A DNA stretch of 37,642 nt from an uncultured Alphaproteobacteria bacterium (GCA_944392845.1 CALXYE010000030.1:1-37642); one strand, 5' to 3'; numbered from the stretch's first letter, positions 1 through 8,291 are shown. Numbers and translations: made by a program. The notes: generated by a model from the letters alone, not told the origin.

Positions 1-133
1 AAGCGCTACTGTTTTCCTGTCGCTCTACTTTTATATAGGCTTAAAAAAAAAAATACAATACCGTGCGCCGTTTTCTTTTAAAGGTTTTTCACGCCGCAAT
101 TTAAGTATATCACGGCCTTTACCGCCAAAAAAC

Positions 134-163
134 AAAAAACCCCGCGAAAAAGCGGGGTTTTTG
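134..163 (-). terminator. Rho-independent, bidirectional-looking terminator closing the leftward membrane-protein operon
   Basis: Stem CCCCGC (140-145) / GCGGGG (152-157) with a 6-nt loop. It has an A-run on one side and a T-run on the other, and lies about 25 nt past the stop of ORF 184..1590. Confidence 0.75.
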
Positions 164-183
164 CGGTTGCGGTACCGTACAGG

Positions 184-1590
184 TTAACCGAGCATGCGGC
201 TGCCGATTCCTCCCTTGAATTTAGCCTTCTTTGCCATTTGCTGTAACTTTTTCGCCCGCTTACGCGCCAATTCGGCTTCCTTCATGATGCGGCGCATCGT
301 TTTGATTGCCTTGTCGGATTTGTGGACAAACTGGGCAATACGAGCAAAATACATAATTGAAGCGCATCCTAACGTAAAGATGATCAAAATCAATATAATA
401 ATATCCAAAACCAAATTGATCATCATCGCCAACGCTTCCATACCGACGCTGTCCGGGAAAGACTTGCCCGAGAAATGCGACGCCAGCTTCTCCGCCTTCG
501 GCGGCATCAGGATACCAAAGTAACACACGGCCAACAAAACGAATATTTTAGAGAAATCCGCCCCGCCGGATACGCTGTCAAAAGCATCGACGTAAGCGCC
601 CTCCTGCATTTTTGAAATAAATTCCGGCCCCATATGCGTCATGGCGATCATAATCATTTGGACGCACATATTCATGACAAGAGCCATCACGACAAACAGG
701 ATACACGAATGCAACACGATATAAAACGCCGTTGAAGCATACTGACGGCTTGCGGGGAAAACCCAGGCGACGACCCACATCGGCACCATGCCGACCATCA
801 ACCCTATGCGGAACACGGCATCCATTAAAACCATCGGGAAGATCAGCGAAATGACCCAGAAGAACGCGCCGAGCACGCATCCCAAAGCCCACATCATCGG
901 ATTCGGCAGATATTCCCATAACCAGCTGAACAGCCATGGCATCGTGTACCAGTATCCTGCGCCGCAACGCAAGGATTGCGCCATTTTTTGAGCCTCTCGC
1001 ACCCCGGCACCCAGTCCGCCGACCATGCAACGCATGGATTCGCGCGTTTCATTCGACATCGCCGTTTTTGACGAACCGCCGCTGATAATCGTATCGCCGC
1101 CGCATTCGGTCGTTCCCGTAACCAGCTGATTAGCCAGTTGCGAAGCGTCCGTAATCACGGGATTGATAAAATAATCAAAGGTTATTGCCGCGCCACCCTG
1201 CAAAAAAACCGTTGCGAAAAGAATGCGAAAGGCCATTCCTCCAACCTTGCCTGCAAATTCTCCCAAATCAGGCGCATCGGCCACCGAACTGAAAAACACG
1301 GCGACGTTAAAAGCCAACCAAACCAAGAACATCGCCCACATAAAGGTAACGGCCGGCCCCTCAAGAACGGACGCAACATGTCCCGCCAAGGAATTCGACG
1401 CATCAAAGAACATCATAAAGACTGTACAGGTCCAACATTCGTCATAATCCTTGATTTCATTAAGCATCGGGCATTCTTCAATACGTCCGTGCGTTACCCC
1501 GGCAGCCAGTACCGCAGAAGACACGAATACCCCCCACAGGACGACCAGCCCCGCCAGCAGGTTTTGTTTCGATGTCAAACGACGCATCAT
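184..1590 (-). CDS. TrbL/VirB6-like polytopic membrane protein, paralog A
   Basis: 468-aa ORF with a hydrophobic N-terminal signal/TM and an ECWTC cysteine motif before the first core TM. It has many hydrophobic segments. The block PMVLMDAVFRIGLMVGMVPMWVVAWVFPASR is shared with the two neighbouring ORFs, and the C-terminal tail is Lys/Arg-rich. Coding status is high; the family call comes from remembered VirB6/TrbL architecture only. Confidence 0.65.
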   Translation of the reverse strand: MMRRLTSKQNLLAGLVVLWGVFVSSAVLAAGVTHGRIEECPMLNEIKDYDECWTCTVFMMFFDASNSLAGHVASVLEGPAVTFMWAMFLVWLAFNVAVFFSSVADAPDLGEFAGKVGGMAFRILFATVFLQGGAAITFDYFINPVITDASQLANQLVTGTTECGGDTIISGGSSKTAMSNETRESMRCMVGGLGAGVREAQKMAQSLRCGAGYWYTMPWLFSWLWEYLPNPMMWALGCVLGAFFWVISLIFPMVLMDAVFRIGLMVGMVPMWVVAWVFPASRQYASTAFYIVLHSCILFVVMALVMNMCVQMIMIAMTHMGPEFISKMQEGAYVDAFDSVSGGADFSKIFVLLAVCYFGILMPPKAEKLASHFSGKSFPDSVGMEALAMMINLVLDIIILILIIFTLGCASIMYFARIAQFVHKSDKAIKTMRRIMKEAELARKRAKKLQQMAKKAKFKGGIGSRMLG

Positions 1591-1603
1591 TCTAAAATGC
1601 CTT

Positions 1604-1819
1604 TCATAGCAATGGGGAGTTATCCCCGTTTTTCCTTTTGGCCTTTCGTTTTACACGCAAAGCATAAGCCGTTATTCCCGCCGCCGTCAAAAGTAGTCCT
1701 CCGATCACCCATTCTGCCGCGTTTCCGATCTCCGCCATCCTCTCAAAACCGTCCAAGCGACTTGATGCCGCCAGCCATGCCAACAATCCGAAAACGATAT
1801 AATGCTTGAACAGGGACAT
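1604..1819 (-). CDS. Small two-TM membrane protein with a basic tail (possible VirB2/VirB3-like accessory; unassigned)
   Basis: 71-aa ORF that exactly fills the gap between paralogs A and B (12 nt and 13 nt spacers). It has two hydrophobic helices (YIVFGLLAWLAA, VIGGLLLTAAGITAYAL) followed by RVKRKAKRK. No family motif was recognised. Confidence 0.5.
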   Translation of the reverse strand: MSLFKHYIVFGLLAWLAASSRLDGFERMAEIGNAAEWVIGGLLLTAAGITAYALRVKRKAKRKNGDNSPLL

Positions 1820-1831
1820 TCCCGGTTATCT

Positions 1832-3271
1832 TTAAACCTCCTTTCCGTGCATATTTTTAATTCCTGCGTCCGGCTTATGATCAACAGACCAATCCTTGAA
1901 CCGATCCCCCTTGCCGCCCAAACCGCGGTAAACGGCTCTTGCCGCATCGCGCATGTGCGAATTTTTCAACGTATTTGCATACTTTGCCGTCGTTTTCAGA
2001 TTTCCGTTCTTATCCATTTCCATCATACCGCGATTCATAAGCTTACGTTCCAGCTTGGCGGCTTTCTTAGCCTGCTTTTCGGACTTTACCCCACCGTTCT
2101 GGCGCATTTTTTCATATTTTCTGGCAAGATGTTTATTCCGTCGCTGTTGAAATTGATTCCAACCTATTTTTCCGACGTTTTTCGCAAAAGAGCCTGCATA
2201 TTTCAAAGACTGTCCGCCTGTATTAGAAGAATCCACCGCGCAAAAATTCTTGGTAAAAAGCTGCATAAGCACTTTACCGAACAACAGCAGGAAAAACGCG
2301 ATAAAGATAAAAATGACAATGCCCGGACCGTTAGAAACTTGTTGTGCCGTTTTCGTATCCGTCGCCAAAGCCATTGCATTTTTAACGGTCGGAAACTTGT
2401 GGGCGATAAAAGCCTGCAGGCACCAAACGCATAACGCCGCAAACACGGCCATTGCCGCACCTTGCAGACATACGGCCAAAAAGCTGTTCCATGCTTGTTT
2501 GGTAAGCTTGCGGCTGATCGGAAAGCAAAAAGCGCAAATCCACAGCGGCATCAACGCCATGATGATTGCGAAACGGAAAACGCCGTCCAGCATAAATATC
2601 GGGAACAGGCACCCCAAAACCAAAGAAACGATATAGATTCCCGCGCCGTACATGTTCAGGATGACCGATTCTGTATTACATGTCATCAAAACATAGCCCA
2701 TTTCGCGGCCTTCCGCCAATTTCGTATGGATGGCAGAAATCAGACAAGACATCCCCGTCGCGGGATCCCCCGTGCCGCAGGAAACATTGCCGCCTTCAAT
2801 CGGCAGTTTGCCGACGACCATAATGCCGAAATCAATAAAACCGCTCCAAACGGGAAAGATCAGATCCTGCGTTACCTGATTGATATTCGCGGTCAAAGCG
2901 GCACACATTGCCGCCCAAAATGCCCGAACGGCCAAATCGTTCCAAAAGGAATAAATATCCAGCTCTTTTAAAGAGGCTACCTGACGCATGATGCGCAACG
3001 CCAGCCACAGGCAAAAACCGACCGCAATCACGGTATAAGCGGTCGGCGCCGTTCGGGACTGTATTTCGGTATAAACGTTGGTTGCCGTTTGAAAGAACAG
3101 CTCAAATATCGGACAAGACCAACATTCCTTTGCGTCGGCCTGAATTGATCCGATATCGCATTCCCGCTCTTCGCACGCGGATAAAAAACAAACGGTCAGG
3201 ATAATCATGAAAACGCGCAGAAACATTTTCATGCCCCTCTTTATTTCCACATTATCCCAAACCGTTTTCAT
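1832..3271 (-). CDS. TrbL/VirB6-like polytopic membrane protein, paralog B (possible lipoprotein signal)
   Basis: ORF of about 479 aa. ATG at 3271 has GGAG upstream; alternative ATGs at 3232 and 3226 would give MKMFLRVFMIILTVCFLSAC with the lipobox-like LSAC. It carries an ECWSC motif and the block PIFMLDGVFRFAIIMALMPLWICAFCFPISR, homologous to paralogs A and C, plus a long Lys/Arg-rich C-tail. Confidence 0.65.
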   Translation of the reverse strand: MKTVWDNVEIKRGMKMFLRVFMIILTVCFLSACEERECDIGSIQADAKECWSCPIFELFFQTATNVYTEIQSRTAPTAYTVIAVGFCLWLALRIMRQVASLKELDIYSFWNDLAVRAFWAAMCAALTANINQVTQDLIFPVWSGFIDFGIMVVGKLPIEGGNVSCGTGDPATGMSCLISAIHTKLAEGREMGYVLMTCNTESVILNMYGAGIYIVSLVLGCLFPIFMLDGVFRFAIIMALMPLWICAFCFPISRKLTKQAWNSFLAVCLQGAAMAVFAALCVWCLQAFIAHKFPTVKNAMALATDTKTAQQVSNGPGIVIFIFIAFFLLLFGKVLMQLFTKNFCAVDSSNTGGQSLKYAGSFAKNVGKIGWNQFQQRRNKHLARKYEKMRQNGGVKSEKQAKKAAKLERKLMNRGMMEMDKNGNLKTTAKYANTLKNSHMRDAARAVYRGLGGKGDRFKDWSVDHKPDAGIKNMHGKEV

Positions 3272-3333
3272 CAATAAATCTCCGCGAAATCAGAATGACG
3301 CCGCCCGTCAACCGCTCACCCTTGCCTCCTTAA

Positions 3334-4866
3334 TTATTTTCTGGGAGACCACGCATCATCGGGAACATCCTCGATCATATTACGCTTCTTATCCTCTGCT
3401 CTTTGTAACCGTTCCCTGAACTTAGTGTTGCCTAACCCGACCTTATCCATCGCTTTGCCTAAAGCGCGGTAAGTAACGCGCTTCGCAGCGCGGCGGCGGC
3501 CGTTCGTCAACAGGCCTTCCATACCGTCCTTATAACGCCCCTTGGAATCCATAAAGCCGCGGGAACGCAAATAACGGGCAGCAGCTCTCTCTTTGAAAGT
3601 CGGTTTCGCCGAGGGGTCTTTTTCTCTGGCCTGACGACCTCTTTCAACCGTTCGAGCCGCAGCGCGGTCAACGCCCTGACGAACCTTTCGGGCGCCCGCA
3701 CCCGCCAATTCGCCGCCGGCCTTAGCCGTATTGCCGACGGTCTGACCCGCATACTGAGTAGCCTGCCAAGCCGTATTATTTTCAAAGCTCGTCTCCGCAA
3801 AGAAGTTCGCCAACTGTCCCGCCTGTAACGTAAACAGAATTGCATAAAACACGCACACGAACGCAACAATCAAATTGTTTCCTTCTATGATCGCGTCCAT
3901 AAACGCGCGTTCTTTACCGTCCCCGACTAAATCATCGCGCATGCCGGAAGCGCCCAAAATAAGCTCGACGTCCAGATCCAATATAATTTTCAGACAGATG
4001 AACAAAAACGCCACGTTTAAAACGGATTGGAAACCTTTTTTAGCAAATTCGACCGTAATCGGGAAAACCCACGCTACGATAAACAACGGGCAAAGCGCCG
4101 CCGTTACGCCCAATCGGAACATAGCGTCAAATAAAAAGAACGGGAAAACCAGCAATAATATCCAACAACCGATGTAAACGATACACCCCGACGCCATTAC
4201 CTCGAATTCGGGATAGCCGTCGCGCACCCCTTCTTTTTCCAGCAGGTCTTCAAAAGGCCACGGCAGGCGTTCCCATTGAGAAAGACAGATAGCATAATCC
4301 CCGACGCCAATACCGTAAGTGATCGTATCGTGCATGTCCTGCATCAACTCTTCCAACGGAGAAACCACGGATTGCAATCCGCCGCCCGCGCCAGCATCGA
4401 TTCCGACGAATCCCGCCGCCGTTGCCGTAATCGGCGATACGAACGTTCCGAAAAAGAAGCTGGAATTGATAAGCATGCAATAGGCAAACCCCGTTTTGAA
4501 CATCATGCCGCCGACCTTCGTCAGCATTTCCATCGGATCAACTTCTTTTAAGGAAGACAGGTTCTTCATCATAAAGATGACCAACCATAACAAAAATCCG
4601 ACGGTCATCAGCTTGACGGCGTCGGGAGCCACGGTGTTAAAAGTCGTTTCGCCGACGGTGATCGTCGCTTCGGAAACGACGCGGAAAGGTTCTTTCCACC
4701 AGGTAAACGATTTCGCGGCTCCGGCATAAACGTCCAAGTCATTTTCGCACTGCGTATTGAACTGGTCCTCCGCCCGTACTTCCGGAACGAACGCCCCGCA
4801 AACAAAAACCGCTGCAAAAAGCGCCAACAAAACACGTGCCAAGATTTTCTTTTTGGATCTTATCAT
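3334..4866 (-). CDS. TrbL/VirB6-like polytopic membrane protein, paralog C
   Basis: 510-aa ORF with a signal-like N-terminus (LLALFAAVFVCGAFVPEVRA). LWLVIFMMKNLSSLKEVDPMEMLTKVGGMMFK aligns with paralog B (LWLALRIMRQVASLKELD) and with paralog A (KVGGMAFR). The block PFFLFDAMFRLGVTAALCPLFIVAWVFPITV is shared, and the Arg/Lys-rich C-tail is over 100 aa. Confidence 0.65.
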   Translation of the reverse strand: MIRSKKKILARVLLALFAAVFVCGAFVPEVRAEDQFNTQCENDLDVYAGAAKSFTWWKEPFRVVSEATITVGETTFNTVAPDAVKLMTVGFLLWLVIFMMKNLSSLKEVDPMEMLTKVGGMMFKTGFAYCMLINSSFFFGTFVSPITATAAGFVGIDAGAGGGLQSVVSPLEELMQDMHDTITYGIGVGDYAICLSQWERLPWPFEDLLEKEGVRDGYPEFEVMASGCIVYIGCWILLLVFPFFLFDAMFRLGVTAALCPLFIVAWVFPITVEFAKKGFQSVLNVAFLFICLKIILDLDVELILGASGMRDDLVGDGKERAFMDAIIEGNNLIVAFVCVFYAILFTLQAGQLANFFAETSFENNTAWQATQYAGQTVGNTAKAGGELAGAGARKVRQGVDRAAARTVERGRQAREKDPSAKPTFKERAAARYLRSRGFMDSKGRYKDGMEGLLTNGRRRAAKRVTYRALGKAMDKVGLGNTKFRERLQRAEDKKRNMIEDVPDDAWSPRK

Positions 4867-4933
4867 GTTACAACCCTTTCCGCAGCTCTCCGAAACGGCT
4901 CCGGCCGCCCGCTCCTTAAACAGGACTCTACCA

Positions 4934-4961
4934 TTCTTACAATATAATACAAAAAGCCGCC
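4934..4961 (-). promoter_or_regulatory. Conserved promoter block, copy A (drives the leftward VirB6-like operon)
   Basis: On the minus strand it reads GGCGGCTTTTTGTATTATATTGTAAGAA, nearly identical to the block at 5059-5087 on the plus strand. It contains the -10-like TATATT; its -35 is poor. Confidence 0.45.
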
Positions 4962-5052
4962 TTTGATTGTGACACTTTTTTGATTTTTTGACAACACCGG
5001 CACTTCATGTCGAATACATTGAAAAACCGTAAAAATTCCTGTAAAAAGTTTT

Positions 5053-5087
5053 TTGACAGGCGGCTTTCCTTTATTATATTCTAAGAA
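5053..5087 (+). promoter_or_regulatory. Sigma70-like promoter plus conserved block, copy B (drives the 5120 operon)
   Basis: TTGACA (5053-5058), 16-nt spacer, TATATT (5075-5080). The block GGCGGCTTTCCTTTATTATATTCTAAGAA mirrors copy A. Confidence 0.55.
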
Positions 5088-5119
5088 GTCAAAGCAATTA
5101 CTCGGAATCATAGCGCATT

Positions 5120-6271
5120 ATGGAAAAACGACCGCTTTCATCCGTATCGCCCGCGCCCAAAGGCCCCGTTCTTGTCAAAAGGATCAAGATCGTAAAGCGC
5201 CCCGTCGCTCCGGCGGCGACTCCTGTGCCGCCTCAGCCAGCGCCGCAACAAAAAACCGTTCTGGTCAAAGTTCCCGTCAAAAGAATTAAGGTTCCCGTAA
5301 AGCGCCCCGTTCCCCCTGCGGCGGCTCCCGTACAGCCTCCCGTTCCCCCCGCGCCCTCTCAGACTGCGGCTCCGTCCGTACAACCTCCCGAAATGAAGAT
5401 TGCCGCCGCCGTCCAAAGCCGTCCGCAACCCGTGATTACGGGAAAAACGGCTTCTCCGATGCAACGGGCGCACAGAATCCGCTCGTCCGAAGCCGATGAC
5501 CCCGTAAAATACGTTCTGCCCTCCAATCCTTTGGATAAAATCACTTCGCACGAAAGCGCGCGCGAACGCTTTTTCCTGTTTTACGTCTACGTCCGCCTGT
5601 ATGCGGAAGAATTGCTGGACGAAGAGGAGTTCCTGTCCCTGCCGCCGATGGCTTTTGAACTGCCGCAAACAAAAAGAGAGTTGAGAATATTCAAAAATCA
5701 GCTCCGTTCCGAAGCAAAGGAAGGGATGATGGACGACATTTTGGACGATCTGACGACGATTCTGCCTTTGATCCCTGAAATGCAGCGCATCTTAAACACC
5801 GACGCCCCTTTGGACGATCTGATTGAGGAAGAAATCGCGTATATGGAAGATTCCGAAGATTCTTCCGTCGGCGAACAGCTTGTCGTTTCCTACCTGCTGG
5901 TCATGGCAGACATGGAAATCATGATGAGGAAGGCACAAAGCCGCCGCATGCGCGAAGAACGGGAAAATCTGATCGAAGAAATCCAAGATAACGAAAACGA
6001 AGAGTTAGAAATCCAAAAAGCGTTCGTCAATGCGCTGAAAAAGGAAAATTTCCCCGTAGATGCGGAAAAGCTGATTAAAAACTATTTCAATTTCGCCCGT
6101 AAGGAACCGGAAAAGGCTTATCAGTTACTGACGACGAATCCGCTGTTTTTCGCCCCCGTTCAAACGGAAAAGCTGCCCAAAAAGTTTTTCGGACTGGTCA
6201 AAGCGGGGCCGAAGGAAGCTTCCGCCGTTAATAAGCGGCTCGCTTCTTTCCTGAAAAAGGTTAAAATTTAA
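5120..6271 (+). CDS. Hypothetical protein with a Pro-rich tandem-repeat N-terminus and an acidic helical C-terminal domain
   Basis: 383-aa ORF. The N-terminal 100 aa are Pro/Ala/Val/Lys-rich, with VKRIK..VKRPV..PP repeated twice. No TM segment and no recognised domain. Confidence 0.7.
   Translation: MEKRPLSSVSPAPKGPVLVKRIKIVKRPVAPAATPVPPQPAPQQKTVLVKVPVKRIKVPVKRPVPPAAAPVQPPVPPAPSQTAAPSVQPPEMKIAAAVQSRPQPVITGKTASPMQRAHRIRSSEADDPVKYVLPSNPLDKITSHESARERFFLFYVYVRLYAEELLDEEEFLSLPPMAFELPQTKRELRIFKNQLRSEAKEGMMDDILDDLTTILPLIPEMQRILNTDAPLDDLIEEEIAYMEDSEDSSVGEQLVVSYLLVMADMEIMMRKAQSRRMREERENLIEEIQDNENEELEIQKAFVNALKKENFPVDAEKLIKNYFNFARKEPEKAYQLLTTNPLFFAPVQTEKLPKKFFGLVKAGPKEASAVNKRLASFLKKVKI
5174..5356 (+). 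repeat. Imperfect tandem duplication (period about 102 nt) encoding the VKRIK-x-VKRPV-Pro-rich unit
   Basis: gtcaaaaggatcaag..gtaaagcgccccgtc at 5174 recurs as gtcaaaagaattaag..gtaaagcgccccgtt at 5276. Confidence 0.7.
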
Positions 6272-6308
6272 AGGCTGTTACGCCTTGTGTGACTCTTTTG
6301 TTACGAAC

Positions 6309-6337
6309 TGGACAAAAAACCTTTTCTTTTGTATAAT
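6309..6337 (+). promoter_or_regulatory. Sigma70-like promoter with extended -10
   Basis: TGGACA (6309-6314), 17-nt spacer ending in TG, TATAAT (6332-6337). It lies 39 nt upstream of ATG 6376, which has a GGAGAA RBS. Confidence 0.6.
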
Positions 6338-6375
6338 CAAAGAAAAAGGCTGAGATTTACGGACGGAGAAAAGCC

Positions 6376-7860
6376 ATGGCTGATTCGCAAGACGCCCCCA
6401 ACGTTGAAATTTCGCAGAATGTCCCCGAAAATACGATCTCGAACGGCGCGGAAAGAGCGTCCGGGGAACAAAACGCTTCCGACCTCGAAAACACCATAGA
6501 AAACGGCGCCGACAAGGAAGGCACTTTTGAGGGTGAAGCGGAAAACGACGGCCGCGACGGAGAAAGGGATAAAAAACCGTTTTATCTTAGAATCCGCGAA
6601 GCGGACGACGCCGCCAATTTCTTTTGCAAACTTCTGGCGGATTCTCCGTTGTTGACCATCGGTAACATCGAGCCGTTGTTCCAACGTCTGTCGGCTCCCG
6701 TCAGATTTGCCCGCGATATGTATGCCGCCCGCAAAGAATATAAAAAAGAATTGAGGGAACACGATCATCAACGTCGCATGGACGCGGCCGAAAAATTCAA
6801 AAACAACGATCCTTCCGACAATCAGGTTATCAGCGACAAAGACGGAATAAAAGTTACGGAAATCGGCAATACGGGTACGATGAAATTCGGCAAGGACGGC
6901 CGGGGCAAAATAAGCACGCTTGAAAAAATGTACGCCGTGGAGCGTACGGGAGCCGACGGCAAAACAACGACGGAATTCCTGAACAAAAAAGAAGTGGAAA
7001 AACAACTGGGCATAAAGGTTCCTCCGGTTCGCGCGACCGATGCCGAAAAACAAGAATATAAAGACCGCTATTCTTTAACGGACCGTCAGGCAAGAAGACT
7101 GAACAAACGTTATAAAGATACGGATGCGAACTTGGCGCGCAAACGGGCGGAAAAGGACAAAGCGAAGGAAGAACGCCCGCAACAGGCCGAAAAGAACAAG
7201 GAACCCGCGTCCAAAAACAACAAAAAAGAAGAAAAGGCCAAGGATCAAAAGGGCAAAGACGAAAAGAAAAAAGCCCCGAAAAAACGCGCTTCAAAGGAAC
7301 AAAATCCCGAAATGAAGAAGCTGATCCGCGAGCAAAAAAGAATCGAAAAACAGATCACCGAAGCGGAAAAGAAAACGCCGAACTTCGATAAAACGCCCGA
7401 GGGTAAAAAGCTGTATAACAAACTGTTTCTGAATGACGTCAAACAGCAACAGGTCGCGGTGGAAGACAAAATTACCAAAGCGGAAAAACAAAATCCGAAT
7501 TATGACAAGACGAAAGAAGGTAAAGCCGACTATAAAAAGTTGTTTGATCTGGAAAAACAGGCCAATACTCTCAACCGCCCTCCGAAGGAAAGCAAAAGCA
7601 AGGGGTTGAGCCTGCAATCCGCTCCGAAACAGATCAGCAATAAAAAAGCGTCGTCAAAGAAGGCAACGTCAAAGGCTCGAAACATCAAGACGAAAGAAGA
7701 CGCAAACAACCGTTCCGTCAAAAGCCTGCAAAACAGCGCCTCGCGTCTGAAAAGCGTGGCGAAGCAAACAAACCGCTCCGCTTCGAAGCAAAGAACGTCG
7801 ACACGGACGAGCGGCAGGACTCCGTTTACGGGCGGACGCAACGCGAATACGGGGCGATAA
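6376..7860 (+). CDS. Hypothetical Lys/Glu-rich, largely low-complexity protein with an internal 39-aa repeat and a Ser/Thr/Arg-rich C-terminus
   Basis: 494-aa ORF with an acidic N-terminus, a long KE-rich middle and the C-terminus ...NRSASKQRTSTRTSGRTPFTGGRNANTGR. No TM segment and no recognised domain. Confidence 0.7.
   Translation: MADSQDAPNVEISQNVPENTISNGAERASGEQNASDLENTIENGADKEGTFEGEAENDGRDGERDKKPFYLRIREADDAANFFCKLLADSPLLTIGNIEPLFQRLSAPVRFARDMYAARKEYKKELREHDHQRRMDAAEKFKNNDPSDNQVISDKDGIKVTEIGNTGTMKFGKDGRGKISTLEKMYAVERTGADGKTTTEFLNKKEVEKQLGIKVPPVRATDAEKQEYKDRYSLTDRQARRLNKRYKDTDANLARKRAEKDKAKEERPQQAEKNKEPASKNNKKEEKAKDQKGKDEKKKAPKKRASKEQNPEMKKLIREQKRIEKQITEAEKKTPNFDKTPEGKKLYNKLFLNDVKQQQVAVEDKITKAEKQNPNYDKTKEGKADYKKLFDLEKQANTLNRPPKESKSKGLSLQSAPKQISNKKASSKKATSKARNIKTKEDANNRSVKSLQNSASRLKSVAKQTNRSASKQRTSTRTSGRTPFTGGRNANTGR
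7354..7560 (+). repeat. In-frame tandem repeat (period 117 nt)
   Basis: ITEAEKKTPNFDKTPEGKKLYNKLF (from 7354) is repeated as ITKAEKQNPNYDKTKEGKADYKKLF (from 7471). Confidence 0.7.
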
Positions 7861-7877
7861 CCGCGCCGCTTACGGCA

Positions 7878-7909
7878 CAAAGGGGAAGAAATTTCTTCCC
7901 CTTTGTTTT
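7878..7909 (+). terminator. Rho-independent terminator after the Lys/Glu-rich gene
   Basis: Near-perfect hairpin CAAAGGGGAAGAA-at-TTCTTCCCCTTTG followed by TTTT. Confidence 0.8.
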
Positions 7910-8291
7910 ATCCGCCCCGCCACCGCGAAAAGAGAGATTTTCCGAATATCCCGTTTCACCTCCTTTAAATCGACGCTTTTCCCGTTTTTCGATCCGTCCG
8001 AAAATGCCGAAGCGCATCTTCGCCGACATCTTATCGGCTTAAAAGACGGCGGACGTCTTAAAACTTAAACCGACACAAACGCCGTTGCGGGTGAAAACGC
8101 CGCCGCGAAAATGCCGGCTTTAAACGACTCTCTTCCCTTATGACCAAATGCGCCTCCGATAAAAAATATCGGTTAATTTCCCGTTTCCATGCGACGGTTC
8201 TTTTTTTCGGAAAAAATCCGTTTTTTTTGGCATCTTCTTGAAATTTGGTATACTCTGTTTGATATGTCCGTAAAATGATAGGAATTTTCGC

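Noticed and set aside
1138-1809. A 223-aa plus-strand ORF, and other plus-strand ORFs across 194-4966 opposite the VirB6-like genes.
   Set aside because: All are antisense to long, paralog-supported membrane-protein ORFs. Their composition is basic and low-complexity, and nothing independent supports them.
6337-7880. Several minus-strand ORFs (238, 146, 108, 116 and 77 aa) overlapping the Lys/Glu-rich gene.
   Set aside because: They are Phe/Leu/Arg-rich mirrors of the AAA/GAA-rich sense strand. None has an RBS or a domain, and the sense ORF has a strong promoter, RBS and terminator.
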